The notes beneath the pieces were generated by a model, which saw nothing but the letters and a program-made list of their open reading frames with translations, searched no databases and was not told the origin of the DNA. Made by a program: the position numbers and the translations under genes. From an uncultured Methanosarcinaceae archaeon (GTDB taxonomy: Archaea; Halobacteriota; Methanosarcinia; Methanosarcinales; Methanosarcinaceae), in assembly GCA_963733675.1 (NCBI GenBank), contig CAVTET010000001.1, positions 864,001-928,000 of the forward strand: a stretch of DNA of 64,000 bases, given 5' to 3'. Below, in pieces: positions 10,664 through 21,851 of this stretch (the stretch's first letter is position 1; every line of letters begins with the position of its first letter).

Positions 10664-11430
10664 AAAGCATCTTTTTCTGGATACGCATCTAGATTCAAGA
10701 TTAATTTTCAAATTGATCAAGTGTTGTTTTATCCCGAAATTCTTTTGCCTCGAAAATTGGTTCATTTTTACCATATATTCACAACCATAAAAATACAAAT
10801 ATGATTATCGTAAATCTGTGAATTGATTACATTCAAAAAATGAGTAATATTTTTAATGTAAATGCTTATGCTTAAATTACTAAAATATTTCATATCCACA
10901 TATAGCATTGAAGGGACAGGACAAAGGAACTACTAGAGTAGTTTCTCCTCATCTTTAAGCGCTTTCAGTGATTCAATATTGCATTTAAGATCAGGAAAAT
11001 GAATTTATTTGATGAGAAATATGTGTTTCTAATATTTTTAAGTGTTAATTTTTACTATGAAGACTGCAATTTGGATTCGGGTAAGAAACAATCTATTAAG
11101 AAATGTATTAATTTTAATTGCTTTTTTGTAAACTTATAACTGTAAATAGAGATAAATAATTGCAGCCCTATTTTAATGTTAAAATATTCTTTAACTTAAC
11201 ACGAATGAAGTAGACTATTATCTTGGATTTTATTTTTTAGTAATCTATTACAGAAATTACTGGGTATTTTTAATTTTTTCCCACCATATGACTATCCTTT
11301 TATAGAATCTCATGATTATTCTGCCGATAAACACAGATGTACAATTTATTTACCCATTTGCTCCCTGTTATATTGAGAAAATAGATGGCATCTTTGTGTA
11401 CTTTTGCGAAAGATGGGTTAAAAGGAATTA

Positions 11431-12303
11431 TCAAGGTTCAGAGTTCTTGTTCAATAACTCGGGGACACGATCCAGAATTGTCCGCCAAGAAAATGGCGAA
11501 GTGTCTTGTTTTCCTATAGTTTCAACGCGAAATATAATAGCAGTAATGTTATCAGGAGCCCCGGCCTCTAACGCAAGTCCAACCAATTTTTCGCAGGCAG
11601 TATCGATATTTTTTTCTTGCATAACGATTTCTATTTCTTCATCACTAATCTCTGACCATAGGCCATCACTGCAGAGTAGATATGTATCATCAGGTAGGAT
11701 TTGTTCACGTATTATATCTACATTTAGAACTGGCTCCCCACCTAATGAACGAGTAAGCTGATGGCGTCCAGGGTGCTGATGAACCTGTTTATGTGAGATT
11801 AGGTGTAAATGGAGTAAATCATTAGCCATTGTGTGATCCCGGGTCAATAGTTTGATACTGCCATTCCTCATTCTATAAAATCTACAGTCACCCACGTGGC
11901 CGATTGTCAATGAACCTTGCTCTAGTGTTATAGCAGTTAATGTTGTCTGCATATTCTCAAATAATGTAGGCTGTGAATTGCCCGCAATGAACACTTCCTG
12001 ATTCGCATGCTTTAAAGCTCGACTGACAAAATGGTTCGCTGCTTCGCCATGCCAATTTGCGAATTCGTCTTTAATGGCTTTCAAGGCTATTCTACTGGCA
12101 ATAGCTCCACCTTTATGTCCGCCGAGTCCATCAGCGATAGCGAAAAGATAACGCGAAGTAGATTTACCCTCCGCTTTTGCCTCGATTTTATGGGCGACAT
12201 AATGTGCGTCCTCATTCTGTGAACGCACTAAACCTTTGTGTGTTACAACCCGCCACTTAACAGTTACTGCAATCTGTATTGGAGTCTTGTCTATCGATTT
12301 CAT
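11431..12303 (-). CDS. PP2C/PPM-family Ser/Thr protein phosphatase
   Basis: RSQNEDA, IADGLGGH, GHVGDCR, LTRSLG, LLCSDGL, DNITA motifs all intact. Confidence 0.93.
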   Translation of the reverse strand: MKSIDKTPIQIAVTVKWRVVTHKGLVRSQNEDAHYVAHKIEAKAEGKSTSRYLFAIADGLGGHKGGAIASRIALKAIKDEFANWHGEAANHFVSRALKHANQEVFIAGNSQPTLFENMQTTLTAITLEQGSLTIGHVGDCRFYRMRNGSIKLLTRDHTMANDLLHLHLISHKQVHQHPGRHQLTRSLGGEPVLNVDIIREQILPDDTYLLCSDGLWSEISDEEIEIVMQEKNIDTACEKLVGLALEAGAPDNITAIIFRVETIGKQDTSPFSWRTILDRVPELLNKNSEP

Positions 12304-12463
12304 TACGGTGTTATCTCCCAGTGTATCTGCCTACTACGTACCTCGATTGAAAAATAAAGCAAAGAAAAAGCCTACTTATTAGGAGGTTTTTTCCTTTTTC
12401 CCTTTAACTTCTTCTCAAGCTTCTCTATTGCATTTTGTTCCTGGATTCTATATTAATTTCTGC

Positions 12464-14053
12464 TTATTTATCAAGGCTCAATTCTGAAGCAGTTAACTTA
12501 GAAGCTTCTTTGGTCAGCAATCCACTACCTTGTTTTCGTGTGTTAATGACAAACCACATCGCTCCAATGACAATCCATACTGCTACTATACCCAAGGCAA
12601 TCACAGCATCATTTGCTGAAGCTCCACCAGCGCTGATGGCAAGATATACCACTGCTCCTAGCATTAGCAAATTAGCCAAGAAACCCAGTAGTGGCACAAC
12701 ACGGTGTTTGAAGAAACTGGCATCAGAACGATGTAGAAATGCCCAGAAGCAGATAATATTGGTTAATCCATAGAGTATGAAGGTACCCGTATTAGATGCT
12801 AGAGTGATTTGAGTCAGATTATCTACATTTAGGACTCCATATGCTCCAAAGGCTGCAGAAAATAACACTAGCAACCAAATACCCCAATGTGGTGTGAGGA
12901 AACGACCATGCAAAATACCCAATATCGAAGGCATCTCTTTATCGTTACCCATGGAATATGTTATACGGACTCCCGTATTAAGACAAGCTAAAGTGGTACC
13001 GATTAATGCCAGCACTACAGTTGCAGCCATAATCAGAACTAAAACTAATCCGGTACCACCTAGCATCTGGTCACCTATAATCCGTATCATATCACCAATC
13101 GGAGCTCCAGATGCTCCAGCTGCAGCGTAGCCAGTAACTGTAGCTCCAGATGTATCTACCCCAATCAATTGAGGACCGATAAAATAGTTAGCAGCGAAAT
13201 ATTCGATTAGATAGGCAAATAACCCCTGAATAAGCAAAGACAAAATGATCGCTCTCTTAATATCGTGTTTTGGCTTGATCGCCTCTGCACCTAATGCTGT
13301 AATCGATTCAAAACCTACCAATAGCAATATAGCTATAGTAGACTGGAATAACACATTTGTGAAGTTATGCGGAATTATTATAGAAGACATGGATTGTGTA
13401 TAAGCCAGTTCCGGGTGTGCATACCGGTACAAGATTGCCAATGCTGAGAAACCAACTAGTGAAGCTAGCTGTATTGCATTAATGATCATCGCTGTGAACG
13501 TTGATCCGCTAATTCCACGATAAGCTATGTAGCCATTTAAGAAGGCAAATAGTGCTGCAACTAGAATTTGCTCCCACACAGCTAATGTGATTCCGAACAA
13601 GCCCATGATGTAAACAATTAGAGTGGCTGAAAATGCTATCATTATACCTGGATAAATCCAGTAATAGAGGTGCGATATCCAGCCTGTTAGAAACTTTGCA
13701 ATTCGTGCCCACTGACGATGACTGGCTTTTTCCTTCTCTAGAAAAGCAGCTTCAGCAAAATAATATGAGGAACCACTACCTGCTTTTGGGTAGATGTTTG
13801 ATAACTCGGCATATGAGATTGCAGTTAATAAGGCTAGAATAAGAGCGGCAACCAATCCAGTCCACATCTCAGATGCGGTTGTTATTGAACCATTCATCTG
13901 AGCTGCCTGTACTTGGAAAGTGGTCCACAAGAAAGCACCCGGAGCGATGAGTGCCATGGCATTTACCAAAAGAGATGTCAGGTTCAGCGTACGCTTCATT
14001 TTTATGGTCAATTTGCCATCTTCTGATTGGTCACTATCCTGTGTATGATTCAT
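12464..14053 (-). CDS. APC-superfamily permease (amino acid/amine/cation)
   Basis: ~12 TM segments; KRTL, SYAELS..YPKAGSGSSY, LVGFESITALGAE, RITYSMG motifs; AGGAG RBS. Confidence 0.9.
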   Translation of the reverse strand: MNHTQDSDQSEDGKLTIKMKRTLNLTSLLVNAMALIAPGAFLWTTFQVQAAQMNGSITTASEMWTGLVAALILALLTAISYAELSNIYPKAGSGSSYYFAEAAFLEKEKASHRQWARIAKFLTGWISHLYYWIYPGIMIAFSATLIVYIMGLFGITLAVWEQILVAALFAFLNGYIAYRGISGSTFTAMIINAIQLASLVGFSALAILYRYAHPELAYTQSMSSIIIPHNFTNVLFQSTIAILLLVGFESITALGAEAIKPKHDIKRAIILSLLIQGLFAYLIEYFAANYFIGPQLIGVDTSGATVTGYAAAGASGAPIGDMIRIIGDQMLGGTGLVLVLIMAATVVLALIGTTLACLNTGVRITYSMGNDKEMPSILGILHGRFLTPHWGIWLLVLFSAAFGAYGVLNVDNLTQITLASNTGTFILYGLTNIICFWAFLHRSDASFFKHRVVPLLGFLANLLMLGAVVYLAISAGGASANDAVIALGIVAVWIVIGAMWFVINTRKQGSGLLTKEASKLTASELSLDK

Positions 14054-14174
14054 TTGGTTAGATTCTCCTTTTAGTAATCATTTATTTAGAACAAATTTCA
14101 GCTTTTCGTTTATTTTATTAAACATATGTAAAAAATGAATAGCTGAGTTTTATTCTTGTTGAATATCAGTTATA

Positions 14175-14683
14175 ACCGGTAATTAATAGGTGACTTAATT
14201 ATATTTAAATATTCTCTAAAAGCTAAAAAAAATATCCAATTTACAGGCAATACATTGGTGATGTAATAATATTTAAATATTTGTATTATGCTTATATTTA
14301 TCAAATTTTCTTTTATTGTGTTTTTAATAAAATTTTGTACTTCATTTATTTTCCTATGGAAATTCGATAAAAACAAAATCAATAGGCCTTTTATAATCAA
14401 AAACTTTTCTAGGACTCCTATAATCAATACAAATACAAATAGTGAAATGGTAAACTTCTGGCGGGTATAAATATTTAAAAATTACTTTTCTATTTTAAAT
14501 ATCGTTAAGAACGGAAAATTACTGGCGATTTAATTATATTTAAATATTTTCTTTTATTATCTTTTTTTCATTGATTACAGGAAATTAATTGGCGATGTTA
14601 TAATATTTAACTACTTTTCTTTGTCTTCAAAAATATCTAGAATACCGGTAATTTACTAGAGACTTTATTTTATTTAAAATATT
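14175..14683 (-). repeat. Array of six degenerate ~39-bp direct repeats, each resembling a BRE-TATA promoter facing the APC permease
   Basis: Units start at 14175, 14243, 14446, 14510, 14577, 14644; consensus (+) ACnGGwAATTAyTGGyGAyTTAATwATATTTAAATATT. Confidence 0.8.
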
Positions 14684-14835
14684 CTGTTCTAAAAATATTG
14701 TTTTGGCATTTTTATTAATATATCTTTCCGAAGAAAATCTGTTCTTTTATTGACATCATCAGAGCAAAAACAAACTCGAATTTATTCATCATTCAAGTGG
14801 GTAAATAGAGTTAGTTAAATATTTTAGTTTCAATA

Positions 14836-14883
14836 GATATACTTAAATATGATATTTAGGATATAGGATACCTATTGATAGGT
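14836..14883 (+). promoter_or_regulatory. glnK1-amtB promoter with NrpR-like operator
   Basis: TATA-like CTTAAATA at 14842; palindrome ACCTATTGATAGGT 14870-14883; shares ATAGGATACCT with the nifH promoter. Confidence 0.6.
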
Positions 14884-14886
14884 TCC

Positions 14887-15228
14887 ATGAAATACTTAAG
14901 TACAATGATCAGGTTGAAAAGACTTGATTCGGTCAAGCGAGAGCTTCAGATAATTAAAGTTAATAGATTAACAGTATCCTCAGTTTTGGTTATGGTGTTC
15001 AAGGGGGCATCCAGAAACCAAAGCGATGAACCATGAAGCAAAGCTGCCCAAAAAATCAGGCTTGAAGTCACAGCAAACGATGATTTTCTGCAACCAATAA
15101 TTGAAGTAATAAAAATAAGACCAATAAGTAAGAATGGAAGAAATGTTGGGAACAGCAAAATCTTCATGCTACCGCTTGAGGATATCACAAGGATCTGCAC
15201 GAACGAAAACGGACTTCATACTATTTAA
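14887..15228 (+). pseudogene. glnK: Degenerate PII protein GlnK1
   Basis: MKYLSTMIRLKRLDSVKRELQ...LTVSSV / GYG.Q / ...RLEVTANDDFLQPIIE...SKIFMLPLEDITRICTNENG; frameshifts, stop and loss of conserved residues; directly upstream of amtB. Confidence 0.85.
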
Positions 15229-15241
15229 GTTGTGATCGAAA

Positions 15242-16435
15242 ATGACTATTGTAGCAGCAGATACTGGCTGGATGTTGATTTCATCGGCACTTGTATTATT
15301 AATGGTTCCAGGGCTTGCATTATTCTATGGTGGGTTGGTCCAGCGTAAAAACGTCTTGAGCAGCATGATGCATTCATTTGTTGCAATGGGTGTCATAGCC
15401 ATAGAATGGATTGTAATAGGTTATTCGCTTGCTTTTGGAACTGGAAACTGGTTTATAGGCAGTCTTGAACACGTATTTTTGAGAGACATCAATGCTTACT
15501 CATTAACAGGTACCATCCCCACATATGCGTTTATTGCGTTCCAGGGTATGTTTGCAATAATTACTCCTGCCCTTATTTCAGGTGCGATTGTGGGCCGTAT
15601 CAAATTCAAGTCATATATTGCATTTATTTTATTATGGGGTATCATCGTCTATGCACCTATCTGTCACTGGGTTTGGGGAGGTGGATTTCTCACAGGAAAA
15701 GCCCTAGACTTTGCAGGCGGTACTGTTGTCCATATATCATCAGGTATCTCGTCTCTTGCAATTTTGACTTATCTTGGCAAGAGAAGAGGATATGGGGTTG
15801 ATTCGATCAAACCTCACAATGTTACTCTCACCCTTATTGGTGCAGGGCTTCTCTGGTTTGGATGGTTTGGGTTCAATGCCGGTTCTGCTCTTGCTGCTAA
15901 TGAAATCGCAGCGGTTGCATTTCTGACCACGCTAGTAGCGCCAGCAGCTGCAGGGCTCTGCTGGATGGCTCTGGAATGGCATCACTTAGGACATCCTACG
16001 TCTCTTGGCTTTTCAACAGGAGTTTTAGCTGGATTGGTTGCAATCACTCCAGCTGCTGGTTTCGTCACACCTGTAGCAGCGATTCCAATAGGGCTGATAG
16101 CCGGCATCATATGTTATACAGCTGTGGAACTCAAAGGAAAGTTTGGATATGATGATTCACTGGATGTTTTCGGGGTCCATGGAGTCGGTGGAATGACAGG
16201 GGCTCTTCTAACTGGCATATTTGCGAGCATTGGATCTGCAGGTCTCCTTCTAGGAAATTCCAGCCAGTTAGTAATTCAGCTTGAAGGTGTCGTTGCCTCA
16301 GCTGTATATGCATCTGTCTGCACACTGATTATTGGATTTGTGATCAATAAGACGATGGGACTCAAAGTTAGTGAGAGTGAAGAAAACATCGGGCTTGACC
16401 AGACACAGCATGGTGAGGTCGCATATAATATTTGA
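15242..16435 (+). CDS. amtB: Ammonium transporter AmtB
   Basis: DFAGGTVVHISSG, LLWFGWFGFNAGS, DDSLDVFGVHGVGG, GLDQTQHGE motifs. Confidence 0.97.
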   Translation: MTIVAADTGWMLISSALVLLMVPGLALFYGGLVQRKNVLSSMMHSFVAMGVIAIEWIVIGYSLAFGTGNWFIGSLEHVFLRDINAYSLTGTIPTYAFIAFQGMFAIITPALISGAIVGRIKFKSYIAFILLWGIIVYAPICHWVWGGGFLTGKALDFAGGTVVHISSGISSLAILTYLGKRRGYGVDSIKPHNVTLTLIGAGLLWFGWFGFNAGSALAANEIAAVAFLTTLVAPAAAGLCWMALEWHHLGHPTSLGFSTGVLAGLVAITPAAGFVTPVAAIPIGLIAGIICYTAVELKGKFGYDDSLDVFGVHGVGGMTGALLTGIFASIGSAGLLLGNSSQLVIQLEGVVASAVYASVCTLIIGFVINKTMGLKVSESEENIGLDQTQHGEVAYNI

Positions 16436-17445
16436 TTACAGGTAAATCTTTTACCTGTATTTTTATAAATTTTATGGATCCTATGCAATTAGGCTATGCT
16501 TGGTCAGAAAGTATTGGATAGACCCAAGCTAGAAATAAAAACATAGAAAAGTTTTGTGAGAATTTCAATCATGGGTAGAAACTAATCATCTCCATAAAAT
16601 TAATACATTTTTTATTGTCAATCCGATATTCTTCAGATGTACACGATTTTGAATTTGTTCATCTATTTGCCCACTAATATCTATTGAATGTTAGATTAAT
16701 TTTGAAGTTACTATCATATTTAAAAAAAATCGATGACATTTTTTTGGACATTTGGGGAAAGAGGGTTAATTAATCTAAACTTTTTCCAGTTTTTTTGTGC
16801 TAATTTGGTATTTGGCTGAGCCTGTATACTCTAAGAGCTATTTTGAAATTAGATTTCAGGTTGTGAAAGTCGGTTACTGGAAATTGTGAAAAGAGAATTA
16901 CTTTCAAATCTGATCTGATCAAAAAGCTAATATATAGTTTTTCTGTGATGTTTCGGTATATTTAATAACTATCTAAATACCGTCTCATTAAGCCCTTAGT
17001 TAAAGCTTCGTCCAAAATCACTATATTGCTCTGCAAAGAAATCCAATACATTTTGATCTAGAAATCGATATCGAAACTAACCTGGGTAAAACCAATTTTG
17101 GTATTTGGGTGTTTATAATCTAACAAGAGATCATATGAGCTGCGCTAAGTCAAAAACCGATTCATCTACCCATTTTTCGCAAAGCATGGTCATATTTAGT
17201 ACTTCGCATACCATTTAACATGATTGACAATAACTTTAAAAAATTAGTTTTGTTGTAACTCTGCATCTTATTATAAATTATTGCCAAATTTGATTTAAAG
17301 TTCAATTCCGGATACTTCGAATATTAGCAATTAATTCGGGACTGAAAGTTTGTTTTAGTTTGCTATTAAGTAATTTTTTTTTCAACTATTTTATCTACGG
17401 TTTTCATGGAAAGAGAAATATTGAAATGTATCGAGAAATAATTTA

Positions 17446-18744
17446 TCAAGATTTCCATTTTATATTTTTTCCGAGATATTTTTCAAGAAATTCAGTATCA
17501 TCAAAAAGCGATTCTGAGTCCTTCGGAATCGATTTTTTTCCTTGAGATTTCAAAAACTCGACCTCTAGCCCATCCATACTCGCATCTTCAGAATCATTCG
17601 CAGGTAATTCGTGACTTTGACGCCATGTAGTTACACTGTGTCTTCTCACTTTGAGTATTTCCGCAACTCTACCATCTGACAGCTTCAAGTCATATAGTTC
17701 ACGCATCTCCCAGTGCCGTCTTCCACGATTCGGCGCAAGTCCTAGATGGTGGCGTATTCTAAAGACAGCAGATTGAGAAATGTTGATAACTTTACCAATC
17801 ATAGAATCGCTCATGCCCGAGTGGTAAAGCTGTTTGAACTCATCAATGTCAATGTCTTTTCGCTTGTTTTGTCGAGGCATTCGCTTTTGCTTGTATAGTC
17901 CAAGACTGCGACGGCGGTTAGAGATTGTCCTGTCACAAACACCAAAAACTTTACCGATCTCAGCATCGCTAAGACCTTCGGAAAAAAGCTGTTTAAGCTC
18001 ATCGACATTTATTTTTTTTAATGTGTGTCGCAACACAACTATTTTCTTCTTTAACGCTTTTCCTACAAGGCTTTCCAAAAATTTTGTATCACAAAAAAGA
18101 GACTCTGAGTCCAGTTTAATCGGCTCATCTTCATCAGGTATGATCTGTTGCTTGCGTCGGAATAAACCTAAATCATGGCGCCTTTCATAAACTATATAAG
18201 CACTAACACCGAAAATGGTTCCAATTTCTTTATCGGTAAGCCCTTTGGCAAAGAGATCTTTTAATTTGTCAATGTCAACATGCTTCCTACCTGATGCCTG
18301 CGGTGGCAGTCCTAGATCACTACGTATTTTACGTGCTGTGTCACGGCATATACCCATAACATCTGCGATTTTTCTATCGTTTAAGCCTTCAGAATGAAGC
18401 TTTTTGAATTTTTCGATGTTAGAAGCTGAATCTTCCCACTTTTTACATCTGGATAAACCAAGACTTTTGCGGTGGTTTAAGATTGTTTTATTACTTACGC
18501 CAAAAACTGAACCAATCTGCTTGTCGCTAAGACCTTTTGCATAAAGCTTTTTGAGTTCATCATTATCTATTATTGGGGATACTACGGGTTTTCGACCTCT
18601 TGCGAGTGATGGGAGCCCTAAATTGCAGCGTATTTTGCGTGCAGTTTCTTGAGAAAAGCCAAGAGAATTGCCGATGTCCTTGTTGGTCATGCCTTCAGCA
18701 TGGAGCCTTTTGAACTCTTTTATATCGACATGTATTTTTTTCAA
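17446..18744 (-). CDS. Protein with seven tandem helix-turn-helix repeats
   Basis: Repeat D..E(F/L)K.L...G(L/M)SD..IG..FGVS..T....R..LGL x7; start placed at TTG 18744 after GAGGTG RBS. Confidence 0.8.
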   Translation of the reverse strand: MKKIHVDIKEFKRLHAEGMTNKDIGNSLGFSQETARKIRCNLGLPSLARGRKPVVSPIIDNDELKKLYAKGLSDKQIGSVFGVSNKTILNHRKSLGLSRCKKWEDSASNIEKFKKLHSEGLNDRKIADVMGICRDTARKIRSDLGLPPQASGRKHVDIDKLKDLFAKGLTDKEIGTIFGVSAYIVYERRHDLGLFRRKQQIIPDEDEPIKLDSESLFCDTKFLESLVGKALKKKIVVLRHTLKKINVDELKQLFSEGLSDAEIGKVFGVCDRTISNRRRSLGLYKQKRMPRQNKRKDIDIDEFKQLYHSGMSDSMIGKVINISQSAVFRIRHHLGLAPNRGRRHWEMRELYDLKLSDGRVAEILKVRRHSVTTWRQSHELPANDSEDASMDGLEVEFLKSQGKKSIPKDSESLFDDTEFLEKYLGKNIKWKS

Positions 18745-19037
18745 TCTGCACACCTCGAGAAAAAAATTGCTATTCACCTGGAAAATCAAATTGGGCTTTT
18801 TATACAGGAAAATAAGTAAAGGTTTTGTTACACATTAAAGAAGTTAAGTTGGTATTTTGATTCTATTTTACAGAAGTGCTTAATGAATACTCATATTCTT
18901 TAGGTTAAGGTGGAGTGAATCCTATCTAACTTTTTTATCGGCGTTATCCTATTTTACTCATCTTTATATATATTTATCAGGATAACTACATCCTTTTTCT
19001 GATATAATACTATAAAAAACTATTGTTAAATCTTGTA

Positions 19038-19124
19038 GTAGACTTCCGACAAACCTTCAATTTCAACAAATTGTTTATAAATGTTCTATGAACAACCATT
19101 CTAAATTGATTTATAGAAATATTC
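19038..19124. mobile_element. ~88-bp MITE, family C
   Basis: Colinear with 60412-60499 (AAACCTTC.ATTT.AACAAATTGTTTATA...ATAGAAAT). Confidence 0.6.
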
Positions 19125-19724
19125 TAGATTATCCTCATTCTAATCAATGTTTATTTTATATATGAGTATACTGGAAATAGGATACTGATTTCCTATACTT
19201 GATTGGAGCAAGTAAATGAGCAAAAAAACAATATGATACAAATAGCGATCTATAGAAAGATAGTATTGGAAAATTACTTCCATGCAAAATCTGACTGCAA
19301 CCTTTACAACTGTGAGAAATAAAATTCTTCTTGTTAGGTACAACCCGAATCAGACTCTACCAGAATGCATTTTTGAGGCTGAATCTGGAGACAGCACTTG
19401 ACAATCTGAGAAATAGGGAGATTAAAGAGTATATTTTAAAATTGTTGTATAACCAGGTTTTTGTATTATTAAATTTGTAGAGTCCAGTGTACCGGAAATA
19501 TAAAAAAGGCATGCTTAGGGAACCTAGGGAAGTTATTGAAAATAAAACTTAGAATTATAGTCATGTTTATACAATAATGTTATTGTATATTTATAAAATT
19601 CTAAATTTTACAAAGAAATCTCTCAATAATCTCAATAATGTGGTTTTGAAACTAAATTTTTGGATCTTCTTATAAATAATTTACGCTGGCTGAGCAATGA
19701 TGTTTACAGAGCGATGAGGTGCTT

Positions 19725-20702
19725 ATGATGTTTAAAGAAAGCGAAATAGTCTGCGGATATAAAATATTAGGGTGTCTTGGTAAGGGGGGATTTAGCCAGA
19801 TCTACAAGGCCAGCGATCTGAATGGTAAGCCCGTTATACTTAAATTCCCAGATCTTTCTTTAATTAGTGACCCAGTTACGTACGAACGATTTCTTCGAGA
19901 ATTCGCTATTGGGCAAAAGTTGAATCATCCTGCGATTCCTAAAGCTATCAACCTTGTGGAAAGCTCTGATGGTCTTTTTCTTGTTTTAAACTATATAGAA
20001 GGTAAATCACTCCGCGTCTTCATCAGCGACAATGCTCCATTACCTCTTAGCGAAGCACTCTCTATAGCCGACCAGCTTGTTGATGCAGTCGATTATCTTC
20101 ATGTTAATGGAGTTTGTCATCGTGATTTGAAACCTGAGAATATAATTCTCGGACCGGATGGTAGACTCCATATTATTGACTTTGGTAGTTCTCTACTTGA
20201 AGGTAGCCGGCGTGTAACATGGAGATTCGGTTCAGATACCTTTGGAACACCTGATTATATGGCACCTGAGCAAATACAGGGAAAACGTGGAGATGTGCGT
20301 ACTGATGTGTATGCACTTGGAATTATACTATATGAGCTGCTAACTGGAACGGTGCCATTTCATGGAGACAATGCTCTTTCTGTAATGAACCAACATCTAA
20401 CGGCAATTCCTATCTCTCCCCGTAAGCTTCAATCATCAATTCCCCCTGAAATTGAAGCTATAATATTTAAGTCAATACGCCGGAATCCTGATGAGCGATA
20501 TCAGTCTGCTAGTGAACTCCGGAATGATTTAAAGCATTTTGCAGATATCGATTTATCGCAATTTCCCCTGGGTCCAGAACCAAAATCAACTGGTGTATTA
20601 ACTGATCGTCAAATATGGATAGGAACTTTCCTTATTTTCATTGTATTTTTGATACTTACAGCATTAATTGAGTTAGTTACTTATCTGATGCAGCACCACT
20701 GA
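19725..20702 (+). CDS. Bacterial Hanks-type Ser/Thr protein kinase with C-terminal TM anchor
   Basis: GKGGFS, VILK, HRDLKPEN, DFG, GTPDYMAPE, DVYALG motifs; hydrophobic C-terminus; GAGGTG RBS. Confidence 0.95.
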   Translation: MMFKESEIVCGYKILGCLGKGGFSQIYKASDLNGKPVILKFPDLSLISDPVTYERFLREFAIGQKLNHPAIPKAINLVESSDGLFLVLNYIEGKSLRVFISDNAPLPLSEALSIADQLVDAVDYLHVNGVCHRDLKPENIILGPDGRLHIIDFGSSLLEGSRRVTWRFGSDTFGTPDYMAPEQIQGKRGDVRTDVYALGIILYELLTGTVPFHGDNALSVMNQHLTAIPISPRKLQSSIPPEIEAIIFKSIRRNPDERYQSASELRNDLKHFADIDLSQFPLGPEPKSTGVLTDRQIWIGTFLIFIVFLILTALIELVTYLMQHH

Positions 20703-21851
20703 AAGAAAGCTGCCCGTGGATAGATCGTCAAATTATAATGGTTAAATGAATGATTAACGATATACTCTATTCATATATTTTGTAACTATTTCGTACTGCT
20801 TATAGCAATTTAAAGTTCAAAATAGGATCTTTCAAGAATAAATGCTTTGTTCTGGGATTAAAGCCGGCTTGATGTGATTCTCCAAATATTTGTTCGGGAT
20901 AGTCACTGAAGAATTTGATAATCAAGCCTTAATAAGATGCATAGGTGTTGAATGCATCTATAAAAGCGTAAAGGCCTTAAGCCTGAACAAAGGAGTTGGC
21001 TACATATTACAAACAAGTAGATAAATATTTTATAAAATATAGCATTTTAACATCAAATAGTTATAATTTATTAATATGATTTTCTTCTTATGAAAAAGGT
21101 TGACTCATTTAACTCTTAAAAAAATATGAATCTCTTAAATTAGTTAGAAACAAAATTGGTTAAATATAAAATATAGTTCTCTGAGCATATTTGAAGCTTA
21201 AATAATCATTATATTTAAAATTTTTATTTTGTAGAAATGGAATGGTCTTTCTGAATTTGGACTTGAGAATAAATATCTTGATCAAATTTTTGGTAAATTT
21301 TTTCGTTTTCCTGACTAAATGTACACAGTATCAATAGTCTCTTCTTCAGAAAAAGAATTCCTAATAACTGTAAAAGGATAGTGAATATTGGAACAGTTGG
21401 AAAGTTGACTTTATTACCTTGATTATGAAAAAAGACTGATTCAAAGTTATATTTTTATCTAATAGGAACCTGGAAATACAAACGCAATAAATCTCAAAAA
21501 TGAAGCAAAAAGAAGAACAAAAAGTAAAAACGGAAGTCGAAAAAGAGAAATTCAAGTTTATACTTTGAATATAAATTTCATCTATTAATAGATAAGAATT
21601 ATGATCTTATCAGATGATCTGAAATAACTTCATAATTTTCAGATAGACTCATCCTAACAAGAATGCAGTTTGTAGGGAAAATGGATCGTTGGATAATCAT
21701 AAAAAAGGCTGGTGCAAAAATAAAAAGGCTATTAAATTAATATTTAGTGAAATAAATGATATAATTAGGAAATTGTAGCACCGATAAAGTAGGTTTAGTC
21801 ATAAATAAAAAGGTAATAAATAATTATCTTGTGACCTTTTTGCCTAAAAAA

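Noticed and set aside
11312-13842. Several plus-strand ORFs over the PP2C and APC genes (likewise antisense ORFs over nif and mod genes)
   Set aside because: Shadow ORFs opposite well-supported genes, with no motifs or RBS
14175-14683. Repeat array as a CRISPR array
   Set aside because: The period is CRISPR-like, but the repeats are too degenerate, lack a typical repeat terminus, have AT-rich spacers, and there are no cas genes in the window
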